64,000 nt of DNA from Octopus bimaculoides (GCF_001194135.2 NC_068984.1:43290890-43354889); one strand, 5' to 3'; positions 12,005 through 23,742 are shown, counted from the first letter of the stretch. The notes: generated by a model from the sequence alone, not told the origin. Numbers and translations: made by a program.

Positions 12005-12039
12005 AAAGGAGTCCCTGTGCAATCGCTCTATCTCCTGAA

Positions 12040-12215
12040 AGTAACAGTAAAATTTCCCTCAGATCCTACCCTACTGTCTCTGAAAGCGAAAGATCACAGT
12101 GGATAATGTAGTTTTAGATACTGCCTGATTAAAAATAAATGAATAAAATGAATCGCATTGTCAAGGTCACACACGTTTGATTATAGATTGACCAGGGCTG
12201 ATCTGGGGTTAAATA
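12040..12215 (+). mobile_element. Family D repeat copy
   Basis: ccctcagatcctaccctac...ggataatgtagttttagata...ccagggctgatctggggttaaa. Confidence 0.5.
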
Positions 12216-12839
12216 AACCCAGCCTCTCAGATGTATGACTAATATTTATTTCAAGTATAGTCCGCAAATCCGTTTTGACTTGCATTCGTAACCAATTCAG
12301 TTCACGTCTGCAGAATGAATGTTATATGATCTCACTGCATTTGATATTAATTTTTCTACAAATAGAAACTCAATGCACTGTATAGTGAACAGCTTAACAG
12401 TAACATTTAAGCTTCTAGCAACCCGAATCAACGACTCGATTTGAATTTCCGGTTGGAGTAATTTCCTTTCAGCTTTTGCCTGCAGTTTAATGGCTTGGAA
12501 AGGCAGAAAAGTTACAACATACCATTTCCTTTTTACTGACAAATAATATGAAGGCCCTGAAGTAAACATAAATAAATAATAATAAAGAGTCGCAATTTAA
12601 ATATTCTATATCACAGAATTGTGAAAATGATCGTAATTATAAAAGTTATTTTAGTCCCACAACAAAGTCTAGAAGTGGAATTTTTTGCTGTCGTTCCAGT
12701 TCAAATCTGATTTAGCAGTCCTTTGACCAAATTGTCTAATGCAAGTAGAAACATCACCCTCGGTTCATTTTTCTGCTAATTTGTGTAACACACATACACA
12801 CACGCACAAGCGTGCACAAACATATATGTGGGTAGGGTT

Positions 12840-13520
12840 CAGTGGCGGCTCGTGTATAGGTACTGCAGAACTGTAGCACTCGATATTATCGATAACATTC
12901 AATATAATGAGTCTTTTTTCCCCTTAATTCTTTCTTTATACTTGTACATTATATAATCCTTAAGCTTAATGTCAGTAGCCATCCCCTAGTTTATAAAAAA
13001 AATACAAAAACCCTTGTATAGAAATGTGCGGTCCACAGTTCCAAGCGATGCGGTGTTTGGCTGTTCTGCGCATGTTCACATGTCCGAGACAGGAAGCTGC
13101 ATGCTAGGGAAAGAGAGCTGTATCTTAGTGTGCTGGTGAAATGTAGTGTTTCTTTTTGACTCCGCGTGTGTTGTGCTTACAAACATGTTTATATTTTTGA
13201 ATATGATGAAGTATAGAATTAGATTATTATCCTGCTTCCAGCTACAGTGTCTCTGCCAGGATTTGAAAAATAGGGCAGATTTTATCCCCTTATTTTGTGA
13301 CTAGTGGGGTGGGGTATTTTTGAAAAACAAGGGGGAATTCGCGGCGATGTTCAGCGAACAAATTAAACACGCTACCTGGCTGTGACTAAAACACGAACCG
13401 ATTAAGTTTATGTATAAATTTTCTTTTTATATGTTTGTTTTCTTTTACACAATATTAAAACAGCAGCTAAAAATTTTCTGAAGCAGCACCCCCACTAATT
13501 TTATCTATGAGCCGCCACTG
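12840..13520. mobile_element. hAT-type non-autonomous element (681 bp)
   Basis: TIR cagtggcggctc / gagccgccactg; perfect 8-bp TSD gtagggtt at 12832-12839 and 13521-13528; no transposase ORF. Confidence 0.9.
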
Positions 13521-13656
13521 GTAGGGTTACTTATTCTCATACTCACCTTCGTGTTGTTCTTGAATTATTTTGTGCTCATGGGTTTGCACTTCCTAATATA
13601 AAATTATTTTGATTTGCTGTAAATGATGGTAGTAAAACATTGAGCGAAAAGGTGCT

Positions 13657-13810
13657 GTCGACCTCGGCGGAATTTTAACTCAGAACGTAAAAATTCCGCT
13701 GAGGTCGAGTTTGCCTTTCGTTCTTTCGGAGTTGATAAAATAAATGCGGAGATCAATGAATCGACTAGCCCGTTCCCCGCAAATTCCAGGCCTTGTGCCT
13801 AAAGTAGAAG
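13657..13810 (+). mobile_element. 5'-truncated SINE family B with inverted 5' segment
   Basis: 13657-13688 is family-B sequence in reverse orientation, joined directly to forward family-B sequence from 13690. Confidence 0.75.
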
Positions 13811-13834
13811 ATATTCTTATTATTATCATTATTA

Positions 13835-14053
13835 AAGCGGCGAACTGGTAAAATCATTAGCGCTTCGGACAAAATGCTTAGCAGTATTTCTTCCGTTTTT
13901 ATTTTATGTTCTGAATTCAAATACCGCCGAAATTAACTTTGCCTTTCATCCTTTCAGAATCGATAAAATAACTACCAATCAGGTACTGGACTCGATATTA
14001 TCAAGTAACCCTCTCCCCTTAGGATAGCTGGCCTTGTACCAAAATCTGAAACC
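13835..14053 (+). mobile_element. SINE family B
   Basis: Head gcggcgaactggt...B-box gttctgaattcaaat; tail ccaaaatctgaaacc; possible TSD attattatcat. Confidence 0.88.
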
Positions 14054-14332
14054 ATTATTATCATCATGATCATCATTCATTGAATAATTTCATTCATTTT
14101 ACCTGTCGGAGATTCTCGATTTGGTCACGTGATTTGTTAAAAATCGTAGGCTGTTTCTAAGTCGGTCGAGCGACTCGTATGAGCTCCCTTGAAATGATTT
14201 CTGAAAGTCATTTAATCTTGTTGGATAGCGATAAAGTATATTGCTATTTCAAGATATGTCAACAAAATAGCCATCATACTGGTATGTTAAATGTTGTGTT
14301 TCAATGCTGTATTGTACTACAGATTATATATA

Positions 14333-14536
14333 CGAGGGGGTGCTGAAAAGTTCCGGGCTTTAAAAGTATCTTGAAAGGCCTGGTTAGTGACCCAGCCTTC
14401 CGAGTTCTTTTACAGGGCTTAGAAAAACTGAAGGACCGCTGTAATAAGTCTCAGAGGGGAATACGTTGAATAAAATCATAATTAATTGATCCTCCTGTAC
14501 TTTCTTTAACCGAAAGTTAGGAACTTTTCAGCACCT

Positions 14537-14541
<5 letters not shown>
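14333..14541 (+). mobile_element. Mariner-derived MITE
   Basis: TIR cgagggggtgctgaaaagttcc / ggaacttttcagcacctcctcg, preceded by TA; interior encodes GLEKLKDRCNK...RGEYVE*, the typical mariner C-terminus. Confidence 0.88.
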
Positions 14542-14585
<44 letters not shown>

Positions 14586-15099
14586 GACACACATAACACA
14601 CACTTACAAAATTAACTACTACAGGTGTAGAAACATTGACTTTAATCTTNNNNNNNNNNTCTTTCCGCTGATAATAAGATATCAACTGCAATAGTTTAAA
14701 TCTTCTGCTAGGATATCATCAACGGTCGATTCCACCCCACCTTTTTTTTTTTTGTTCACGAAGATAGTTTTAATTACAAGATGTTTACAGTGTTGGCTAT
14801 GGTCTAAAGCAGAATATAGGATTGAAACAAAGATTGTTAATGCACAAATAATTTATTCAATAAATAGGATGCGACCAATGAACTATGCATGCAGATTAGT
14901 ATGACAAATTTATTTAAGCCTTTAGTTATCGAAGGCTTATAAAATGTGTTTCTATGGACAATGAAGAGAATATTGAATCGCTGATGAAATACAACACAGA
15001 ACTCATCCAGTGAACATCTTTTGTGTTCATGAATGTGTAGCAGAAGCATGGTTATCATTTGGTCGATTAGGCTAAAATACTCAGATATCGACTCACACA

Positions 15100-15290
15100 C
15101 GTATTTTCTGCGAGTGGTCACATGACCTGGTCACGCGACGGTCAAATTTTTCTGGCTTTACGCGGGCTATCCAATCCCGTCACGTGAAAGATCAGCCGAG
15201 CACTAGAAATTATGTTCGTTCGCTGGAGCCTAACATCAGTTTTAAAAAGAGAAACCTTTCTCGCTATTCTCCAGTGTGGTGGTAAGACAC
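15100..15290 (+). promoter_or_regulatory. Putative CpG-rich promoter with clustered E-box/CLEAR-like palindromes
   Basis: GGTCACATGACC 15116-15127, GGTCACGCGAC 15129-15139, CCAAT 15171-15175, GTCACGTGA 15179-15187; GT donor (gtaaga) at 15282; locally high CpG. Confidence 0.45.
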
Positions 15291-15457
15291 TGTCGAGTTC
15301 GGATCTCGGCAGAGAGGAAGTTTATTTCGCAGGTAGCCTTGACGCGTTACGTCCTTTCCTGTCTTCCAGCAGAAGTCATATCACGTATTTGTTTTCCTGT
15401 TCTCTGCCGCATACATCATCAAGTTCCAACTGCATGAGAAACCTATATATATATATA

Positions 15458-15650
15458 TTCTTTTACTTGTTTCAGTCATTTGATTGCGGCCATGCTGGAG
15501 CACCGCCTTTAGTCGAATCAAATCGATCCCAGGACTTTGTAAGCCTAGTACTTATTCTATCGGTTTTTTTTGCCGAACCGCTAAGTTACGGGGACCTAAA
15601 CATACCAGCATCGGTTGTCAAGCGATGTTGGGGGGACAAACACAGACGCA

Positions 15651-15697
<47 letters not shown>

Positions 15698-15875
15698 ACA
15701 TATACATATATACGACGGGCTTTTTTAAGTTTCCGTCAACCAAATTCACTCACAAGGCTTTGGTCGGCCGGAGGCTATAATAGAAGACACTTGCCCAAGG
15801 TGCCACGCAGTGGGACTGAACCCGAGACCATGTGGTTGGTAAGCAAGCTACTTACCACACAGCCACTCCTGCGCC
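15458..15875 (-). mobile_element. SINE family A, full length, inserted in (TA)n
   Basis: Complete head ggcgcaggagtggctgtgtggtaag (A-box) to tail; flanked on both sides by cctatatatatatat. Confidence 0.95.
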
Positions 15876-15906
<31 letters not shown>

Positions 15907-16294
15907 CTGACAGTATCATTCATGTTGTACCACTTTTGCTGTACCTTTCATTAGGCGTTGGAATAAAGTATGACAGTCAGTTACAACTTTTGTATGCGTA
16001 TTTCTTTTCGCTGTTATACCTGACTCATTTGGAATCAGGAAATAATGTTACTAGGGCTCTACTTCAACCTTTAAAATGTATTGTATACACATCAAGTTTT
16101 GGTTAAATATTTATATAAATTCTGTAATACAGTCAAGCAATATCGTCATCATATATACCACATTTGGTGTAATAACAATGCCTGGCTTTATTGCCCCCGA
16201 AACAGCAGACACACTTCAACAGTTTCACCATTACGCCTTTTGTACTACAAAATGGTGTCATCATAACAATACAAGCGTTGTGAAGAGCTATTGA

Positions 16295-16436
16295 CCGTTA
16301 TAACGAGACCGGTGTCGTGAAGTGGCATTGTCAGTCATAACGGCACTAGCGGCGTAAAGAGGTGCTTTTCGCCATAACGCTACCGGTGTCATGAAGTAGT
16401 GTCGGTCATAGCAACACTGACGTCGTAAAGCGGTAT
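16295..16436 (+). repeat. Degenerate tandem dimer of a ~75-80 bp CpG-rich unit
   Basis: ataacg..accggtgtc(g/a)tgaagt...gtcata...cact...cgtaaag(a/c)ggt occurs twice. Confidence 0.7.
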
Positions 16437-17041
16437 TCTGTAAGAACGGTACCCATGGAAACTGGGTAACAAGCCCTATGAATCCTAGGACTTGTGTTCA
16501 GGGATTACCTACCTATCAATGAAGTGAAAATTAGTGTATTTTTATATTTATGCATTTACGTGTGAGTTTACGAGTAGATTTGCTGTGCTAAATTGTTGTA
16601 TTGACTGATTAACCAACAGTAAGAAATAGTCTAGTAAAGTTACCTTCTAACTATGGTGTGTCCCACTACTCCAACCGACCCACTCGCAAAAATGTTTACG
16701 TTTTAAACAGGACAGCGCTTCATTTAAAACTAATATTAAAAAATTCTTTAAAAAACCCCATTAGCTCAAGATTATAAATATTACTGGAATGTAAGACAAA
16801 TTCAAAAATAACTAGCAATCTGTTTGATATTGGCTTAAAGTTTAACATATTTATTCAATTTATCTAACAACAAAGCATTTGTATTCTGTTTTGACACTCA
16901 GAACACTCCACTCTTGTTTTCACTATGTTCTCTTAACGTACCCCTTCTACTACCTCTCGTCACCTTCTTTCATCCTCTTACAGTCTTCGTCTGTCTGACT
17001 CAAGTTCTCAAATTCTCTATGTCTGTCCAATTCATATTTTT

Positions 17042-17094
<53 letters not shown>

Positions 17095-17963
17095 GAACCC
17101 ACTTTCTCTTACCTTTTTCACTCTTTATCTCTTCTACTGCTGCTACTACACTCTTGTGCCTATCTTATGTCTTTCTCTTTTTAATCAACCAGCATATCAT
17201 TGTCTTTTCGTCTGTTACACTCTCACCTACATAATTATCTGCCTGTTACTATCACTCTTAACTGGTGTATTCAAATGGAAACAACCTATAAATAACTATT
17301 AAGTCGGGTTACTCTAAGTGACTGTTATTTAACCATAAGTCCAGCCCTGATCTAGCAGACCTACAATCATCATCTTTCCAAATGTGACTTTCTTGCTTTT
17401 AGCTTTTCCAGGCATTGTATATCTAGGACTACACTTGCCAGTCCCCGAGTTTCATGCCTCCGCTTTCAATTCTTCAGTTACCAAGCATCATGATGTTAAA
17501 AAAAAAAGCATCCAGAAAAAGAAAAATTAAATTGTCACGAGCAACACAGCTTCATTGTAAGCCAAAATAATGCAGTCCTGCAGTCCCCTTCCTCCGTCAA
17601 ACAAAACTCTTCACCATCCACCAAATGATATCATACTAGTTACTGCTTCGCAAAGGTGAAAACAGAGACATTAACTCAATGATTCTTTCTATATTATCCA
17701 ATGTTCTTCTTTCAAGGTCGAAAGGCGTTATTTGAAGTTAATTTGGTTACTGTTTCTACTAGGTTTGTTTATAAATAAAAGTTAGTGTAGTTACATTCAG
17801 TATGGACTATTGCTGTAGAAGGTTTGGAGGGGAAAACATCCGAAGAACTAGAAACCAGAGATATAAAAGACTCTGGACGAAGGGGAATGAAATTAAATAC
17901 ATAAAACTCATTCACCCAAAACATTCTATACTATTTCCTCCAATTCACCGTCTATGGAAAACA

Positions 17964-17973
17964 TTATTATTAC

Positions 17974-18034
<61 letters not shown>

Positions 18035-18085
18035 GAATTTTTAAGGCGGCGAGCTGGCAGAATCGTTATCACGCCGAGCAAAATT
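17964..18085 (+). repeat. (TTA)n microsatellite followed by a head-only SINE-B fragment
   Basis: TTA run to ~18034, then aaggcggcgagctggcagaatcgttatcacgccg with no body. Confidence 0.85.
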
Positions 18086-19372
18086 CGATGATTTATCCAT
18101 AGCAACGATTCCTATCTCTTAGTTCCCCATCTAGTATCAATTACCATAGCCACAGACAAGCTGAAAATTGAGTAAATGATGAGTATTTTGTTAACTTGTG
18201 GCAGTGGGATTTAAATCCACTTTGTATAAAACTTAACAAGATATTTGTGTAATGGAAAAATGCAAGAGCTTCCACCCCCATCTAATCCTTACCGCCAGTT
18301 CACTTTAATATTGAATCATATTTTTAAAGACATTTTCATAATGCAAATCTCAGAAAATCTAAAAGCTTTGCCTCTGAGAGGATAAGTATGTTCTGTGTTC
18401 AGAGCTAATCTTAATCGTATAAAATGTTCTTCAGATAAATGAATATTTTAGCTGCAATTAGTAAAATATTCGCCATAGAATCAGGTTAATGAAAACAAAT
18501 CGAAGACTTAAAATAACGTTTCATATGATTTATCGAAAATGAAGACATGTAATCTGAAGCCATTAAAGACACACGACATTGTGAAAGTAATGAAATTAAA
18601 GACTGAGAAACAAGTATAAACGATACATTGGAAAGAAAGACAGACTGGATTAACAAACTAAGAGAAAGGGGAAAATGGGTGCATAGTAACAATAAATTTA
18701 GAGAGAGTTGCAGATTAGAAGTGGGTATTAGAAGCAAAACAGCATTAAAGGTTGGAAAGAAATCGAATAGAGGAAAAGGAATGGGGGAAAATTTAAGATA
18801 TGGTTGGCAGTGGAAAGAACTGCAATGACTTCCTCAGCTTTCAGAGACTGATATATTGTCTTTCTTCACTAAAATAATCAAGCTGAGAAGTGAGATTCTT
18901 AATTGGTTCCATGGTAATAGCAGCCCACGCAGTGGCTAGTTCAATATTTTTAACTTGCCTGTAACGGAATTAGAAATTAATAGCTTGGCAATTAGGAATA
19001 GCTTTTGGAATATATTTTTTCAAGAAGGCAGTGAAACAGTTATTATGGTAGGGCCTGGGACTAATGCTTTCTTTAAAACATTCATACTCAAATCTCGCTG
19101 AAATTGATTTTGTCCGTCCAATACATTAGGTACGAGAAACCAGAGTAAAACACCGTCTCAGACACAACATTTGGTTAAATGCAGCATGAAGAGACTAAAT
19201 AGTGATATACACAAGTAGACCACAACACTTCAGGACAGAAACCTATGAAGGAGAGCGAACCATTTTTGAAATTGCAACTCGAGGCTTGACATATGAACAA
19301 TCATTGTCGATATCGACACAATATCATTGACGATGAGTATACTGGAATCTTTTTAATTGATTGTTATAATTA

Positions 19373-19565
19373 TTTCAAATTTTAGCATAAGACAAGCAAT
19401 TTCAAGAGAGTAAGTAAGTCGATTACATTGATCTCAGTGATCAACTGGTACTTATTTTATCAACTCTGAAAGGATGAAAAGCAAAGTCGACCTCGGCGGA
19501 ATTTGAACGAAATGCCACTAAGTATTTTGCTCAGTGTGCTAACGTTTCTGTCAGCTCACCGCCTT
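19373..19565 (-). mobile_element. SINE family B
   Basis: Reverse complement of the family-B consensus (gaaaggatgaaaagcaaagtcgacctcggcggaatttgaac...cagctcaccgcctt). Confidence 0.88.
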
Positions 19566-19573
19566 AAAAATTC

Positions 19574-19604
<31 letters not shown>

Positions 19605-20525
19605 TTTTTCATCGACGGTGAATTAGAGGAAATAGTATAAAATGTTGTGGATGAATGAGTTTTTTGTATTTAATTCCATTCCTCTTCGTCCAGAGTCTTT
19701 TATATCTCAGGTTGACATGTAATAGTAATACAATGGTTAAATTCCATCAACTTTATCCCTGCTCTAGAAAAATTATGCTAAAAACGAAAAAGAAAATCAA
19801 GGTGAGAGGCTGGCATAGAGCAAGGAATAATCTGGCTTTCAGTCTGTTGTTAAACCCCTTGTATTTCACTGGTGCTGATAATAGTTGAGTGGAAGAGATG
19901 AGCGTCACGAATTTTTGCTTCCGCAAAATATAAAGTATTTATGCTTTCATATTTAAAAGAAATCTGTACTAACATCTGTCATTTCAATTTCAAGGTAGAG
20001 TGACACCAGTAGACTAAATTCCAAAATACTAATAGAGGTAAATAAATAATGCAAAACTTACCGCAGAAAAAAAAAAAAAATTCTCACAGCTGATTCTACG
20101 ACAAAAAATACAGCGCAGGAATCTTAATGTTAAATCTGTCTGGCATCACTGACGTGATGTATGGGGAGGAGTTAGGGAGACAAAACCACAAACCATATCA
20201 GGTGCTTCCGGTAGAAATGGACGTAAGAAAGTTTAAAGAAAGAAACAGAAACGAATGAATTACCTCTGGTTCAGTTGATTATTTCCAACAAATTCCTGCA
20301 TCTGGACTTATGTTCAATGGAGGGTTTTAGAAATTGTATCTTTGATTTATCTTCAGGTTACGCTCTGATTTGTTCACAAGAAGCGAAAGATTAATCATTC
20401 TACTCCTAAATAGTTCCACTATCACGTTCAGTAACACGACGAAAGCTACGTCCATATTTCTCTTCCGCACTCTCTATGTGTGTGAGTGTGAGTGTGTGCA
20501 CGTGCGTGCAACGATTAATATTGAT

Positions 20526-20712
20526 TTTAAATTTTGGCACAAGGCCAGCAAGTTTAGAAGAAGGGAGTAAGATGATTACTTATTTTATTGACCCCCAAAA
20601 GGGATGAAAGGCAAAGTCGACCACTACGGAATTCGAACTCAGCGTAAAGATGGCCGAAATGCCGCTAAGCATTTTGCCCGGCGTGCTAACGATTCTGCCA
20701 GCTCACCGTCTT
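20526..20712 (-). mobile_element. SINE family B (head-to-head with next copy)
   Basis: Reverse complement of family B, ending ctgccagctcaccgtctt. Confidence 0.88.
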
Positions 20713-20742
20713 GTGTAACAATTATTAATATTAAACTAGACT

Positions 20743-20940
20743 GAGGTAGTGAGCTGGCAGAATCGTTATCACGCCGGACAAAACTTCTTAGCACCATTTC
20801 GTCCGTCTTTACGTTCTGAGTTGAAATTCCGTCAAGGTGGACTTTGTCTTTTATCCTTTCGAGGTCTATGAACTAAGTACAAGTCAAGCACTGGGTTCGA
20901 TGTCATTGACTCCTCCCTTCCCGCCGAACTTGCTGACCCT
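20743..20940 (+). mobile_element. SINE family B
   Basis: gagctggcagaatcgttatc...gttctgagttgaaattcc...ctgggttcgatg. Confidence 0.88.
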
Positions 20941-21074
20941 GTCCGTCATGACCATAGAACGTTTGGTCTGATTAAAATAATATGATCAAACGCTCTGTAT
21001 CTGTTCCTGACAAAAGTTAATCATTGTCTTGGAATATTATTCTTTGTCTGGAATTTTTTCAGAAGTATTTTAGC

Positions 21075-21310
21075 TTTTGGCAGCGACTTGGCTAAGTCGT
21101 TAGACCTTCGAATAAAATACTTTGCGGTATCTACCCCGGATGGTTGCATTTTAAGTTCAAATTCCTCCCGCTCAGGTCAGCTCAGCATTTCATTTTTACG
21201 GAGTCGATTAATAAAGTACCAGTCTACGTCGGTGGACCAGTAGAGTCGTTAGAACATCGAACGGGATCCCTTGCAGCATTTGTTCTGACGTTTTGCGTTC
21301 TGAGTTGATG
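21075..21310. mobile_element. Two highly diverged SINE-B remnants in opposite orientation
   Basis: + remnant (aagttcaaattcc...gcatttcatttttacggagtcgat) overlaps a - remnant (...tgcgttctgagtt). Confidence 0.4.
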
Positions 21311-21765
21311 GACGGTAGATTTAAACTGTTGCTTGGTCTTAACACTGAAACCTGGTTCTTAAACCTCTGCCTGCAGAGTTCGTTCTGTTGCAAGCATTCG
21401 GGTCTGAACTCCGGTTTTAGGATGCATCTACCTTCGTTTATCACGGCTAAAATGAAGAAAGCATAGTCACAGTGATAAATGAATGGGTGGTAAATAAATC
21501 GTCTATTCGCACTTTGTAAATGAAACGAGTTGTTGATTCGTTGACACCAAACTCGTGGCTCACTGTAGAGAAGCTTCCACTATCGTGTATTTTCTCGATC
21601 AACTCTATCGTTGTACGTATGTATGCTTTCTTTTTCTCTTTTTAATTGAGTTAATTTCGACTGGTCAACTGCTTGGTAGCAAGGTTGTGAAAGAAAACCT
21701 CTTATTGTGTTCATCTTCCTTTAAATCTATGGATCTTGTAGATTTTATTGTCCTAGATATCGTGA

Positions 21766-22515
21766 TCATTTGTAACTGATTACGGAGTTGCATTCTTCCC
21801 CATCCCAAGAAACCAAGTTCAGCCATACTTTACTCCGAGTAGGTTGATATATATCCTGTTGCTCCAGAAACTGAAAATGTATCTTGGCTATTGGATTCGC
21901 AAACTCCCAGACATTTTCTTTCCCCTTTATTTTTCTGACAACATTGGTGTCCAGAGGGCAGATGATTTCCACAACAGACCATATTTTTTCTTGTGGTCTC
22001 ATGCAATATCTGGCTGGTTGTGTATTAACTTTGTAGCTGTTTTAATTTTTAAGTTCCAGTAGTATTCTTTTGACTCCCACGGTCTCAATATAGTCAAATT
22101 TACTAGTATTTTGTTTTTTCGTATTCTGTTCCAGATTGTTCTGGCCACCGCATCATGCACCGTAGGAAACTAATAGCTATAAGGTGTATGTATGTATGTA
22201 GGTATGTATGTATGTATGTATGGATGGATGGAGGATGTATGTATGCATGTATGTATGTATGTATGTATGTGTGCATGTATCTATAAGGTGTATGTATGTT
22301 TGTATGCATGTGGTTTCAACATAGACACTGTTTACCACATCCCAGTGACAAAGCTGTATTTGAGGACTCACTGCACAAGGGTTCGAACTGTGAGCACGTG
22401 ATTGTAAAACAAACTTCGTCATATAGCATGTCCAACAGGCTATTGGGTAAGCCATGTCTGTACTCATATTTTCTGATGGATATAGTAGAAAGCCTACTGC
22501 ACAGTGACCTCGAAC
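21766..22515 (-). pseudogene. Decayed R4/Dong-like non-LTR retrotransposon C-terminus (RLE endonuclease)
   Basis: One frame reads VHDAVARTIWNRIR...EYYWNLKIKTATKLIHNQPDIA*DHKKK; after a frameshift it continues WSVVEIICPLDTNVVRKIKGKE. This matches the RHD.VA / YWD..I.T...HN.PDI / D...P.D.N...K..EK pattern. Interrupted by (TATG)n at 22166-22310. Confidence 0.7.
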
Positions 22516-22680
22516 CACTAGCGTAGCTAGAGTGTGTCCCGCCCGGGGCGGCCCTTCCGTTTGCAGCTCCTAGACTCCACAAAAACACTTATTACCTACA
22601 GCAGACCCAAACGTGCCGCCCCTTTAAAAGTGTCGCCCGGGGCGGACCACCTATACCTCACCACCCTAACTACGCTAGCG
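22516..22680. mobile_element. 165-bp hAT-type MITE
   Basis: TIR cactagcgtagctag / ctaactacgctagcg; perfect 8-bp TSD cctcgaac at 22508-22515 and 22681-22688; two internal cgcccggggcgg motifs. Confidence 0.88.
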
Positions 22681-23742
22681 CCTCGAACCCGTAACCATGT
22701 AATTAGGGAGTACGCTTCACCATATCGTCATGTCTGTATCTATAATTCAGTACTTTGCCTGCTCTGTTTGTCTAATTACTACCTTCTGCATCTACACTAT
22801 ATCGATTTTAGTTATCAACTAACATAATCATTAGTTTTTATGGTTATCCGAATGAATCAACACAATATATGTCAACGTTCTGTTAAACTAAACTTCTTGA
22901 GTCAGGAAAGGATACCGGCTATTGTAGTAGTCGTACATAACCATAAGAAGGGAATATTACAGGCGCAGTACCTTTGATCATGTCAACTCTGTCAAGACAA
23001 ATCCGGTATCAAACAACAACAATAACCACTGCGAGGGCTACAAGTAAAACCAACGATGCTGGATTTGAACTCAGTGTAACTAAACACTAGCTATAATTTT
23101 TATTCGTACTCTTATTGTTTCCTGGCTGGTCTTTTTAAAGTAAATATCGATCCAGGCATTATTTGAAATTGAAACTAAAAAGGAAGTAGCGAATACTGAA
23201 ATTGATTTAGTTCTGATACCTAATACTAACATTATGTTTTCTAACAATTACTTGAAACCAAGATCTGAGCGGAAGCGCCGAGGATTGAATTTTATTTATG
23301 AATCTTTCCTTTTTTGCCTTTTGTAGATAGCATTCACAGTAGTAATGCTTTAAGAGAATATAAAAGAACCTTTTTACAAGTTGTTCTACGTATGATCAAC
23401 TGTCTTTCTGTACTAGATAAACACTAAACAAATTTGATACAGTTGAGATCTTTGTGCTTTAGATACAAGAAAATATATATAAGCTGTCTGTCATACAAAG
23501 TTGTAGTCGCTTAAGAAGCACTGGGTGTTCTGTAGAAATCTATAGTGACTTACTTTATTCTCTCTAATGTGCGGCAAAGATAAAGGGTCAAAAACTGGTT
23601 TTGCATTCTTGTGATTTTAGTTTGAAGTCATGCGTGTAAGTATGATGTATGTAATACGATGATGTATGTGAAAGCAGTTTAATATCTAAATAATTTCATG
23701 TCAGCTGCTCTAGAATACTCAGGATTTTAGAGTCTCGAATGA

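Noticed and set aside
12297-12569. Minus-strand ORF with a good acceptor (ctgcctttccaag)
   Set aside because: No homology recognised and no compatible partner exon found.
15212-15910. 232-aa ORF
   Set aside because: Its second half is read-through of a SINE-A copy and (CA)n; only the 5' ~70 nt is kept as a possible first exon.
20140-20240. CRE-like (tgacgtga) and ETS-like (cttccgg) motifs followed by ATGGAC|gtaaga
   Set aside because: Single short motifs are expected by chance; splicing to the next strong acceptor (20358) gives an immediate stop.
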